Shown here: in pieces, positions 36,560-45,181 of the stretch
Position numbering within the stretch: position 1 is the stretch's first letter
How the letters are laid out: each line of letters begins with the position of its first letter
Source of the DNA: an uncultured Actinomycetes bacterium
GTDB lineage: Bacteria > Actinomycetota > Thermoleophilia > Gaiellales > Gaiellaceae
Direction: 5' to 3'
Length of the DNA: 64,000 nucleotides
Assembly: GCA_963830035.1 (NCBI GenBank)
Contig: CAWHKX010000004.1
Coordinates: 412,860-476,859, forward strand
Made by a program: the position numbers and the translations under genes
The notes under the pieces: model-generated
The model's input: only the letters and a program-made list of their open reading frames with translations
The model's database searches: none
What the model was told of the DNA's origin: nothing

Positions 36560-38059
36560 ATGCGTATGACCAGTGCCATAGCGAAAGTGCCGTCGCCTCC
36601 CCGAGACCTCCGAGCGTGGATCGCGCTCCTCGAGCGTGAGGGCGAGCTTCGGCGCATCTCCACTGAGGTCGACCCCGACCTCGAGATCACCGAGATCGTC
36701 GACCGCGTCGTCAAGTCCGGCGGGCCGGCGCTCCTGTTCGAGAACCCGAAGGGATCGAAGCATCCGCTCCTGATCAATCAGTTCGGCAGCGAGCGGCGCA
36801 TGTGCCTCGCGTTCGGCGTCGAGAAGCTCGACGACGTCGGGGAAAAGCTCGGCGACGTCCTCGATATGCAGCCCCCGAAGGGCCTCAGGGAGAAGGTCAA
36901 GGGTCTGCTCAAGCTGAAGTCGGTCGCGGACTCGATGCCGAAGACTGTCTCCAAGGGGTCGTGCCAGGAGATCGTCCTCCAGGGCGACGACATCGATCTC
37001 GGGAACCTTCCGATCCAGCGCTGCTGGCCGGGCGACCCCGCGCCGTTCATCACGCTGCCCGCCGTGATCACGCAGGACCCGAACACGGGCGTGCGCAACG
37101 TCGGCATGTACCGGATGCAGGTCAACGACAGGAGCTCGACCTTCATGCACTGGCAGATGCACAAAGACGGTCGTGCCGACCTGCTCGCGGCCGAGGATGG
37201 CCGCATCCCGGTCGCGGTCGCGATCGGGCTCGACCCCATCACCGCTTACTCGGCGTCGGCGCCGCTCCCGAAGCATCTCGACGAATTCATGCTCGCAGGT
37301 TTCCTCCGCGGCTCCCCGGTCGAGCTCGTTCGCTGCAAGACGATCGACCTCGAGGTGCCCGCGAACGCCGAGATCGTCCTGGAGGGACACGTCTCGAAGG
37401 ACGACGTAGGCATCGAGGGCCCGTTCGGGGATCACACGGGCTACTACTCGCACGCCGAGCCGTTCCCGATCTTCCGGATCTCAGCGCTGACCATGCGGCG
37501 CGACGCGATCTACTCCTCGATCGTCGTCGGCAAGCCACCCGCGGAGGACGCCTGGCTCGGGAAAGCGACCGAGCGGATCTTCCTGCCCGCGGTCAAGATG
37601 ACGCTGCCCGAGCTCGTCGACTACGACCTTCCGGTCGCCGGCGCGTTCCACAACTGCGCGATCGTCTCGATCCGTAAGACGTTTCCCGGACATGCGCAGA
37701 AGGTCATGCACGCGCTCTGGGGGCTCGGGATGCTGTCGCTTACGAAGTCGATCGTGGTCGTGGACGAGCACGTGAACGTGCACGACTACAACGACGTGTT
37801 CTTCCGCGTGACCGCGAACGTCGACCCCAAGCGTGACGTCCTCATCTCGGAGGGCCCGCTCGATCACCTGGATCACGCGCCCGGGCGACAGTTCTACGGC
37901 GGAAAGATCGGCATCGACGCCACGCACAAGCTTCCGGAGGAGGACGCTCGTGTCTGGCCCGAGGAGATCGTCATGTCCGACGACATCCGGCAACGGGTTT
38001 CCCAACGCTGGGCCGAGTACGGAATCGCCTCTCCTGACGCGCGCCCCCACGACCAGTAA
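36560..38059 (+). CDS. UbiD-family (prFMN-dependent) decarboxylase, likely menaquinone-pathway decarboxylase
   Basis: Intact 499 aa. ..GPALLFENPKGS..,..VGMYRMQV..STFMHWQMHKDG.., FGDHTGYY. Confidence 0.9.
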   Translation: MRMTSAIAKVPSPPRDLRAWIALLEREGELRRISTEVDPDLEITEIVDRVVKSGGPALLFENPKGSKHPLLINQFGSERRMCLAFGVEKLDDVGEKLGDVLDMQPPKGLREKVKGLLKLKSVADSMPKTVSKGSCQEIVLQGDDIDLGNLPIQRCWPGDPAPFITLPAVITQDPNTGVRNVGMYRMQVNDRSSTFMHWQMHKDGRADLLAAEDGRIPVAVAIGLDPITAYSASAPLPKHLDEFMLAGFLRGSPVELVRCKTIDLEVPANAEIVLEGHVSKDDVGIEGPFGDHTGYYSHAEPFPIFRISALTMRRDAIYSSIVVGKPPAEDAWLGKATERIFLPAVKMTLPELVDYDLPVAGAFHNCAIVSIRKTFPGHAQKVMHALWGLGMLSLTKSIVVVDEHVNVHDYNDVFFRVTANVDPKRDVLISEGPLDHLDHAPGRQFYGGKIGIDATHKLPEEDARVWPEEIVMSDDIRQRVSQRWAEYGIASPDARPHDQ

Positions 38060-38131
38060 GAATCCATGCGTCAGCCGATACGTCGTTGACAGCGGCGACG
38101 GCCGAGAGATTGAATCCAGACCTGGTCTGCG

Positions 38132-39061
38132 TTGAGCACTAACGGTCCCGACACCCCACACGTTCCCGGGCCTAGCCTCTGGCCGATCGGGTTCGCGATC
38201 GGGGTGGCCTGCCTCCTGCTCGGCCTCGTCATCAGCTGGATCGTGGCGGCGATCGGCGCCATCCTCGCGGTCGTCTTCGGGATCCTCTGGGCGCTCGACG
38301 TCACACGTGACGTGCGCGGCGACGTGCCCGCGATCCCGCCGGAGTCCCGCGCGGCGGCGGCGGTTCAGGTCGCGCCCGAGGTCGAAGGGCCGGAGGAGCC
38401 GCTTCCGGCGTACACCCGATCTCGCTTCCTGGAGGCGTCGCTGATCGGGCTCTCGGCCGGCATGGGCGCGGTTCTCACGCTCCCCGTGCTCGGCTTCATG
38501 GTGCTCCCGTCCTTCACGAACGTCGACGAGGACGAGGTCGACCTCGGCCCGATCGACAACTTCCCCGAGGGGGAGTACGTGATCGCGACGTATCTCTCGA
38601 AGCCGGAGCAGGGCGAGGTCTCCCGCCGGACCGCATTCGTGCGCAGAAACGAGGACACGGACGCGGGCGAGCCCAGCTTCACGATCCTCTACAGCCGCTG
38701 CGTCCATCTCGGCTGCCCCGTCCAGCCGAACGGGCCGATCGACGAGGACGCGATGACGAAGGTGAAGGACGTCGAGCTCAGGCCGGTGCTCGCCCAGTCC
38801 TTCGGCTGCCCGTGCCATGGCGGGCAGTACAACTCGGAAGGCAACCGCACCGCCGGGCCGCCGGTGCGCTCGCTCGATCGCTACGCGTTCTCGATCCGCA
38901 ACGGCAACCTCGTCCTCGGCGATCTGTTCGCGGTCGGGAACGTCTCCGGGACGGGTGCGACCGCGACCATTGCCAGATACCCGTGGTCGGTGCCAGGCAC
39001 GCACGTCGACGGGCTCGAGGCGTGGCTCTATCCGATCGTTCCGAGCCAGGTGACGGGCTGA
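38132..39061 (+). CDS. qcrA: Rieske [2Fe-2S] subunit of menaquinol:cytochrome c reductase
   Basis: 309 aa. N-terminal TM helices. Rieske boxes CVHLGCP and CPCHGGQY. Confidence 0.85.
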   Translation: MSTNGPDTPHVPGPSLWPIGFAIGVACLLLGLVISWIVAAIGAILAVVFGILWALDVTRDVRGDVPAIPPESRAAAAVQVAPEVEGPEEPLPAYTRSRFLEASLIGLSAGMGAVLTLPVLGFMVLPSFTNVDEDEVDLGPIDNFPEGEYVIATYLSKPEQGEVSRRTAFVRRNEDTDAGEPSFTILYSRCVHLGCPVQPNGPIDEDAMTKVKDVELRPVLAQSFGCPCHGGQYNSEGNRTAGPPVRSLDRYAFSIRNGNLVLGDLFAVGNVSGTGATATIARYPWSVPGTHVDGLEAWLYPIVPSQVTG

Positions 39062-39867
39062 TGGCCTACAAGCGCAGGACGAGGAAACAGACCGCCGTCG
39101 ACCTGGCCGTGCTTGCACCGCTCGACTGGGTCGACGAGCGCACCGGAGCCGTTCGCGGCACGAAGTGGTTCCTCTTCCGCAACGTCCCTCGGGACATCAG
39201 CTGGGCGCAGACTCTCGGTTTCGGCACCTTGATCGCATTCGCCGTCCAGGCGCTGACCGGAGCGATCCTGGCGATGTACTACAAGCCGGCGTCCGAGATC
39301 GATCCGACGACGGGCAAGCCGCTCGCCTACACGTCGATCCAGCACATCACCAACGACCTGACGCTCGGCTGGCTCGTGCGCGGGATGCACCGCTGGGGCG
39401 CGAGCGTCTTCGTGATCCTCCTCTTCATGCACATGGGCCGCGTCTTCCTGTTCGGTGCGTACAAGTACCCCCGCGAGCTGCAGTGGATCACCGGCGTTCT
39501 GATCCTCGTCATGGGGATGCTCATGGGCTTCACCGGCTACCTGCTGCCCTGGGACCAGACCGCGTACTGGGCGACTGTCGTCGGCATCAACCTGAACGGC
39601 ACCGCGCCCTTCGCCGGCCCCTGGCTCTCGCAGTTCCTGGCCGGCGGCCCCGAGATCGGCTCGGACACGCTCGCCAAGTGGTACGCGCTGCACATGCTGC
39701 TCATTCCCGGTGCGCTGATCGCGCTCATCGGCATCCATCTCTACCTCGTCGCGCGGCTCGGGATCACGTCGCCTCCGTGGTCACGTGAGGCCGCTGGGCG
39801 CGAGCGCCCGCTGCGCAAGCCGACCGGCGCCCGGGCAGGACTCGTCCGGCGGGGGAGCGACAAGTAA
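39061..39867 (+). CDS. qcrB: Cytochrome b (b6-like, N-terminal four-helix half)
   Basis: ATG 39061 (TGATG overlap). ..GMHRWGASVFVILLFMHM.. and ..LPWDQTAYWAT...YALHMLLIP heme-ligand histidines. Confidence 0.9.
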   Translation: MAYKRRTRKQTAVDLAVLAPLDWVDERTGAVRGTKWFLFRNVPRDISWAQTLGFGTLIAFAVQALTGAILAMYYKPASEIDPTTGKPLAYTSIQHITNDLTLGWLVRGMHRWGASVFVILLFMHMGRVFLFGAYKYPRELQWITGVLILVMGMLMGFTGYLLPWDQTAYWATVVGINLNGTAPFAGPWLSQFLAGGPEIGSDTLAKWYALHMLLIPGALIALIGIHLYLVARLGITSPPWSREAAGRERPLRKPTGARAGLVRRGSDK

Positions 39868-40718
39868 TGGCCAAGGGACTCGGCGAGCAGAATCGCGAGT
39901 GGTTCGCTCGTTACAAGGACGACGTCAAGAAGGAGGGCAAGGCCTTCTTCCCGAGGGCCATGCTGCACGACACCGTCATGGGGTTCGTGGTCGTCGGCGT
40001 GATCATCGGCCTTGCGGTCATCTGGTACTACGGCGCCGGCGACTCGCCCGAAGGCGAGGTCGGTCTCGAGCCGGGGATTCTCGGACCGTTGTACGCCGAG
40101 CCTGCGGAGCCCGGGACGACGGACTTCATCCCGCGTCCGGACTGGTACTTCTACTTCCTCTTCTACCTCCTCCGGATCTTCGAATGGCCCGAGACGGTGG
40201 TCATCGCGACGGTCGGAATCCCGACGGTCCTCCTCGTGCTCCTCCTCGGCCTGCCGTTCTACGATCGGCGGCGCGAGCGGCGTCCGTCCCGGCGCCCGGT
40301 CGCGATGGTCGCTGCGCTGTTGACCGTCCTCTCGATGGGAGTGCTGACGTACAAGGGAGCAACCGCGGAGGAGTCGCTGGGCTCGACGTTGATCGCCGAC
40401 GGCGTTCCGGCCGAGTGGGCAGAAGAGCAGGGGTTCGCAGGCAACGAGCAAGCGGAGGCGGGCGCGACGCTCTTCGCCCAGGCCGGGTGCCTGCAGTGCC
40501 ACATCTATCTCGGTTTCGGAGCCGGGGCCTTGGGCGCCCCCGATCTCTCCGAGATCGGTCAGACCAACGACGCCGAGTACTTCGTGCAGTACCTCGCAAA
40601 TCCGTCGCGCTTCGGGAACAACGTGATGGGCTCGTACTCGTACCTCGGAGAGGAGAACCTCGCCGCGCTCGGCGCCTTCCTGGAAGCCTCGAAGGGCGGC
40701 GAGTCCGAATCGCCGTAG
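39867..40718 (+). CDS. qcrC: Cytochrome b C-terminal half (subunit IV-like) fused to a mono-heme cytochrome c
   Basis: 283 aa. ..IPRPDWYFYFLFYLLRIF.. (subunit IV signature), three TM helices, then CLQCH heme-c motif. Confidence 0.85.
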   Translation: MAKGLGEQNREWFARYKDDVKKEGKAFFPRAMLHDTVMGFVVVGVIIGLAVIWYYGAGDSPEGEVGLEPGILGPLYAEPAEPGTTDFIPRPDWYFYFLFYLLRIFEWPETVVIATVGIPTVLLVLLLGLPFYDRRRERRPSRRPVAMVAALLTVLSMGVLTYKGATAEESLGSTLIADGVPAEWAEEQGFAGNEQAEAGATLFAQAGCLQCHIYLGFGAGALGAPDLSEIGQTNDAEYFVQYLANPSRFGNNVMGSYSYLGEENLAALGAFLEASKGGESESP

Positions 40719-40768
40719 TGCGAGGCATGCCTCGTCCTGGTCCCGCAGCGCCCGGATACCCTTGAACC

Positions 40769-41359
40769 GTGCGCATTTTCCTCGGCGTGACCGGCGCCTC
40801 GGGCGCTCCGTACGCCGAGCGCTTGCTTCGCGCTCTCGTCGCCGCTGACTGCGAGGTCGGGCTCTCGGCGTCGCGCTCCGGGATCGAGGTCATCGCCACC
40901 GAGCTCTATGGCGATCCTTCCATCTCGCGCGAGGAGGTGCTCGAGCGCTTCGTCGGAGATGCGGGATCGAGCGTCAGGATCTACGGCGAAGGCGACTTCA
41001 AGAGCCCCTACGCGAGCGGGTCGGCGAAGGTCGACGGGTACGTGATCTGTCCCTGCTCGATGGCGACAGTGGGCACCCTCGCCTCCGGCGCGATGCAGAA
41101 CCTCATCCACCGCGCTGCCTCGGTCGCTCTCAAGGAGCGCCGTAAGCTCGTGCTCGTTCCACGCGAGACGCCGCTGTCCTCGATTCATCTCCGCGGGCTC
41201 GCGACGCTGAACGAGGCCGGTGCCGTCATCCTCTTCGCCGCGCCGGGCTTCTACCACGCTCCCGAGACGATCGACGATCTCGTGGACTTCCTCGTGGCGC
41301 GCTGCCTCGACCAGTTGGGAATCGACAACGTGCTCGCAAAGCGTTGGGGCGAGTCGTGA
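40769..41359 (+). CDS. ubiX: Flavin prenyltransferase UbiX
   Basis: 196 aa. GVTGASGAPYA, ICPCSMATVG, RKLVLVPRETPLS. Confidence 0.9.
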   Translation: MRIFLGVTGASGAPYAERLLRALVAADCEVGLSASRSGIEVIATELYGDPSISREEVLERFVGDAGSSVRIYGEGDFKSPYASGSAKVDGYVICPCSMATVGTLASGAMQNLIHRAASVALKERRKLVLVPRETPLSSIHLRGLATLNEAGAVILFAAPGFYHAPETIDDLVDFLVARCLDQLGIDNVLAKRWGES

Positions 41360-42039
41360 CCCACGAGACCGGACGGCTCCCTTCCGACGAGGTGCGCGGG
41401 ATGTTCGACCGCATCGCGCCGGTCTACGACGTGATGAACCGGGTGATGACGGTCGGGCTCGACGGGCGCTGGCGTCGCCTCGCAGCGCGTCAGGTCGTGT
41501 GGCCCGGAGACCGGGTGCTCGATGCCTGCTGTGGCACCGGAGACCTCGCGATCGAGGCCGAACGCCGCGGAGGGAAGGTGGTCGGCGTCGACTTCTCCGG
41601 GCACATGCTCGAGCGCGCGCGGCGCAAGTCGGGAACGATCGAATGGATTCAGGGGGACGCACTCGCGCTGCCGTTTCCGGACGGGGACTTCGACGTGGTG
41701 ACCGTCGGCTTCGGGGTGCGCAACCTCGACGATCTCGAGAGCGGCCTCCGCGAGCTTCATCGCGTTCTCCGACCGGGGGGCAGGGTGGCCGTGCTGGAGA
41801 TCACGCGCCCGCGTGGGCTCCTGCGCCCGTTCTTTCGGCTCTGGTTCGACGTCCTCGTGCCGTTCGCCGGCAAGGTGCTTCCGGGCGGCAAGGCCTACAC
41901 GTATCTCCCCGCGAGCGTTCGCCGCTTTCCAGGTCCCGGCGATCTTGCCCAGCTGTTCGTCTCGGCCGGCTTCGAGGACGTGCGCTACCGGCTGCTCGGC
42001 GGAGGGAGCGTGGCTCTGCACACGGCGATGCGGCTATGA
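41344..42039 (+). CDS. ubiE: Demethylmenaquinone/ubiquinone C-methyltransferase
   Basis: MFDRIAPVYDVMN, VLDACCGTGDLA, GFGVRN. GTG 41356 (GTGA overlap with the ubiX stop) is an equally good start. Confidence 0.9.
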   Translation: MGRVVTHETGRLPSDEVRGMFDRIAPVYDVMNRVMTVGLDGRWRRLAARQVVWPGDRVLDACCGTGDLAIEAERRGGKVVGVDFSGHMLERARRKSGTIEWIQGDALALPFPDGDFDVVTVGFGVRNLDDLESGLRELHRVLRPGGRVAVLEITRPRGLLRPFFRLWFDVLVPFAGKVLPGGKAYTYLPASVRRFPGPGDLAQLFVSAGFEDVRYRLLGGGSVALHTAMRL

Positions 42040-42041
42040 GC

Positions 42042-42136
42042 ATCGTTCGCCTTCGGCAAACGATCGTGGGGGAAACCATGTTTCCCCCACGGGCCCCCTT
42101 CTTCTTGAAAGCGTGGGGAACCTCCCGGTTCCCCAC
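42042..42136. repeat. Three consecutive hairpins in the ubiE / polyprenyl-synthase gap; the last two have related stems (GTGGGGGAAAC/GTTTCCCCCAC and GTGGGGAAC/GTTCCCCAC)
   Basis: 42042-42064 ATCGTT-c-GCC-ttc-GGC-a-AACGAT (C(UUCG)G-type loop). 42065-42091 12-bp stem, 3-nt loop. 42113-42136 9-bp stem, 6-nt loop. Confidence 0.5.
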
Positions 42137-42169
42137 ACCCCTCCACGCTCATAGACGCGGAGCGGGTCC

Positions 42170-43060
42170 ATGAGCACGCAGGCTCTCCTCCAGGAGGCAA
42201 AGCCGTACCTCGAGGAGCTCGAGCAGCGACTCGAGCTCGCGGTCGAGCGGTACCCCGGGCTCGTGGCGAGGGTCGGCAGGGACGCCGTCGCCTCGGGCGG
42301 CAAGCGCCTGCGGCCGCTACTCGTCCACCTCACCTCGCCGGACCGGGAGCGTGCGCTTCGCTGCGGCGTCGCGGTCGAGCTTGCCCACGTGGCGACACTC
42401 GTCCACGACGACGTGATCGACGGAGCGGAGCTCAGGCGTGGGCACTCCTCCGCGTGGCACGCGCACGGTGAGCTTGCGGCGCGTGCGGGGGGCGACTATC
42501 TGTTCTCGCGCGCGTTTGCCGAGCTCGCGGGCGGCGGCGATCTCGAAGGTGTCGACATCCTTGCGCGCGCCTGCCTCGCGATCGCGCGCGGCGAGGCGAT
42601 GCAGCAGCGACAGGCGCACGACCCCGAGACGCCGATCGACGCCTACCTCGAGCGGATATCCCTGAAGACCGGGAAGCTCTTCGAGGCATCGTGCTTCCTC
42701 GGCTCGCGAGACGAACGGCTCGGGGAGTTCGGGCTGGCGCTCGGCATCGCCTTCCAGATCGCAGACGACATCCTCGACTGCGTCGGCGACACCATCGAGA
42801 CCGGAAAGATCCCGGGCGCCGATCTGCGGGAGGGTGTGCCTACCCTTCCGCTGATTCTCGCTGCGCGGGAGGACGATGTCGTGCGGCGCGCGCTTGAAGG
42901 GGGCCCGCTCGAGGGCGCGCTCGTGCGCGTTGCCGGGACCAGCGCCCTCGACCGGTCCAGGGCAATGGCCTTGGACTACGCTAGGAAGGCGCGGGAGCTC
43001 CTACGGGACGAGCCCGAACTGGAGGCCCTCACGCACATCGTCATCGACCGAGAGCGGTGA
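42170..43060 (+). CDS. Long-chain polyprenyl diphosphate synthase (hepta/octaprenyl)
   Basis: 296 aa. First DDxxD LVHDDVIDGAELRRG, second FQIADDILD. Confidence 0.9.
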   Translation: MSTQALLQEAKPYLEELEQRLELAVERYPGLVARVGRDAVASGGKRLRPLLVHLTSPDRERALRCGVAVELAHVATLVHDDVIDGAELRRGHSSAWHAHGELAARAGGDYLFSRAFAELAGGGDLEGVDILARACLAIARGEAMQQRQAHDPETPIDAYLERISLKTGKLFEASCFLGSRDERLGEFGLALGIAFQIADDILDCVGDTIETGKIPGADLREGVPTLPLILAAREDDVVRRALEGGPLEGALVRVAGTSALDRSRAMALDYARKARELLRDEPELEALTHIVIDRER

Positions 43061-43063
43061 GAA

Positions 43064-44167
43064 GTGGCTGTCGCCGAGCTGAGGACTCTGGAGCCGATCC
43101 GCGAGAAGATCGGGGTCGGTGAACGTCTCGGATTCGAGGACGGGCTCGCACTCCTCGAGTCGGATGACCTGCTCGCCCTCGGCGAGCTCGCGGATCTCGC
43201 GCGCCGCGTCCGGGGAGGAACCGACGAGGTCTTCTTCGTGCAGAACCTCTACCTGAACCAGACGAACGTCTGCCGCGTGAAGTGCAAGTTCTGCGCGTTC
43301 GCAGCGACGCAGAAGCAGGCGCAGGCCTACACGATCACGGCCGAGGAGCTCGTCGAGGACGTCCTCCACCAGCGCGAGGCAACCGGCTTCACCGAGATCC
43401 ACATGGTCAACGGCGAGAACCCGCACGTCGACTTCGAGTTCTACCGGGGTACGATCGCCTCGCTGCACGAGGCGCTTCCCGACGTGCATCTCAAGTGCTT
43501 CACGGCCTCCGAGATCCACCACATGACCACGCTCTCCGGTCTCACCCACGAGGAGGTCCTCCGGGAGCTCAAGGATGCGGGACTGGGGTCACTTCCGGGC
43601 GGGGGAGCGGAGGTGTTCGCCGATCGCGTACGTCGTCTCGTCGCCCCGGGCAAGGAGCACCCGGACATCTGGTTCCACGTCCACGACACCGCGCACTCAC
43701 TCGGCATCCCGACGCACTGCACCATGCTCTACGGACACGTCGAGACGTACGAGGAACGGGTCGACCACTTCATTCGGCTGCGCGAGCAGCAGGACAAGAC
43801 GGGCGGCTTCCTCGCGTTCATTCCACTCGCCTTCCACCCCGAGAACACGGTCTTCGAGCGGCGCGGCTGGCGGCACACGACCGGCTCCGACGACCTGAAG
43901 ATGCTCGCAGTCGCACGCCTCCTGCTCGACAACATCGCGAACATCAAGGCGTACTGGATCATGATGGGGATGCCGCTGGCGGCGGTTGCCCTCCACTTCG
44001 GCGCGAACGACGTGCAGGGAACGGTCGTGCGCGAGGAGATCTTCCATGCCGCCGGGGCCGTGACCGAGACCGAGCAGAAGGTCGACGAGCTCGTGCGCTT
44101 CGTGCGCGAGGCAGGACGGATTCCGGTGCAGCGTGACACGCTCTACCGCGAGCTCCGGCGGTGGTGA
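43064..44167 (+). CDS. mqnE: Radical-SAM futalosine-pathway enzyme, probably aminofutalosine synthase MqnE
   Basis: 367 aa. NQTNVCRVKCKFCAF CxxxCxxC. The MqnE versus MqnC assignment rests on the N(L/I)xLNxTN versus NLNYTN context and is uncertain. Confidence 0.75.
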   Translation: MAVAELRTLEPIREKIGVGERLGFEDGLALLESDDLLALGELADLARRVRGGTDEVFFVQNLYLNQTNVCRVKCKFCAFAATQKQAQAYTITAEELVEDVLHQREATGFTEIHMVNGENPHVDFEFYRGTIASLHEALPDVHLKCFTASEIHHMTTLSGLTHEEVLRELKDAGLGSLPGGGAEVFADRVRRLVAPGKEHPDIWFHVHDTAHSLGIPTHCTMLYGHVETYEERVDHFIRLREQQDKTGGFLAFIPLAFHPENTVFERRGWRHTTGSDDLKMLAVARLLLDNIANIKAYWIMMGMPLAAVALHFGANDVQGTVVREEIFHAAGAVTETEQKVDELVRFVREAGRIPVQRDTLYRELRRW

Positions 44168-44171
44168 ACGA

Positions 44172-44423
44172 ATGAGCCGCTCGGCCAAGAAGGCTCCCGC
44201 CACCGAGATCGTCGAGAAGCGGCCTCTGTACGTCATGACTGCCTACGGCCTCGGGATTCTGGGCGCCCTCGTCCTGATTGCGTCCGCCCTCTTCACGCTC
44301 GGTGGCTCCCTGAACTCGGAGGACACAGCCGTGAGCATCTCGCCGCTCGCGATCGTCGTCTGGGGCGGGCTCGTCGTGATCGCCGTTGCGACCTGGCTCT
44401 TGCGCCGATCGGGCCGGCTGTGA
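44172..44423 (+). CDS. Small two-TM membrane protein (hypothetical)
   Basis: 83 aa from MSRSAKKAP.. inside ORF 44133..44423. Its stop overlaps the mqnA start. Confidence 0.45.
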   Translation: MSRSAKKAPATEIVEKRPLYVMTAYGLGILGALVLIASALFTLGGSLNSEDTAVSISPLAIVVWGGLVVIAVATWLLRRSGRL

Positions 44424-45181
44424 TCCGTCTCGGCCGCATCAGCTACGTGAACATGGCGCCGGTCTTCTACGGCCTCGAGGCCGAGGTCGAGGAGGTCGTC
44501 GGCGTCCCCACCGAGCTCAACCGGATGCTGCTCGACGGCGAGATCGACATCGCGCCGATCCCGTCCATCGAGTACGCGCGGAACCATGACCGGCTGCGGA
44601 TCCTGCCACGTCTCTGCGTCTCCTCCGAGGGCGCCATCGACTCGATCCAACTCGTGACCCGCCTGCCCTTCGGCCAGGTGAGGTCGGTGGCCGTCACGCC
44701 GGAGAGCGCAACTTCGGTCGTGCTCGTCCGCATCTTGCTCCCGAAAGCGGAGATCCTCCCCCTGGGAATGGACGCGGACGCGACGCTCCTGATCGGGGAT
44801 GCGGCCCTCAAGAGCGCCTTCGAGAATCCCACGCCGCACTTCGACCTCGGGCGCCTCTGGCTCGAGCGGACAGGACTACCGATGGTGTTCGCCGTCTGGG
44901 CCGCGCCCGAGCCGCTCGCCGACGGGCTCGCCGATCTCGAGCACGCGCTGGTTGCGTCCGTACGGCTCGCCCGTTCGGAGCCGGAGCGCCTCGCGCAGCA
45001 AGCGAGCAAGACATACGGCTATCCGCCCGGCTTCATGGCCCGCTACTTCGAGAAGCTTCGCTACAGCTTCGGCCCGCGCGAGCGCGCCGGGCTCTTCACG
45101 TTCCTCGAGATGGCCCGGGATGCCGGCGAGCTCGCGCACGTCCCCGAGCTTCGCTTCGTGCGCGAGGAGGTCCCCGCGTGA
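44420..45181 (+). CDS. mqnA: Chorismate dehydratase MqnA (futalosine pathway, periplasmic-binding-protein fold)
   Basis: 253 aa. RLGRISYVNMAPVFYGL..ELNRMLLDGEIDIAPIPSIEY. Confidence 0.85.
   Translation: MIRLGRISYVNMAPVFYGLEAEVEEVVGVPTELNRMLLDGEIDIAPIPSIEYARNHDRLRILPRLCVSSEGAIDSIQLVTRLPFGQVRSVAVTPESATSVVLVRILLPKAEILPLGMDADATLLIGDAALKSAFENPTPHFDLGRLWLERTGLPMVFAVWAAPEPLADGLADLEHALVASVRLARSEPERLAQQASKTYGYPPGFMARYFEKLRYSFGPRERAGLFTFLEMARDAGELAHVPELRFVREEVPA

Noticed and set aside
38086-38115. Sigma-70-like promoter TTGACA-N18-TTGAAT upstream of qcrA
   Set aside because: The -35 is perfect but the -10 is weak (4/6), and there is no experimental anchor. Not enough to report as a feature.
37481-39118. 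545-aa minus-strand ORF across the ubiD/qcrA region
   Set aside because: It is antisense to two genes with strong signatures (UbiD, Rieske boxes), with a biased composition.
42065-42136. Possible CRISPR repeats (GTTTCCCCCAC / GTTCCCCAC motifs)
   Set aside because: There are only two units. They are the two arms of hairpins rather than direct repeats with spacers, and no cas genes are in the window.
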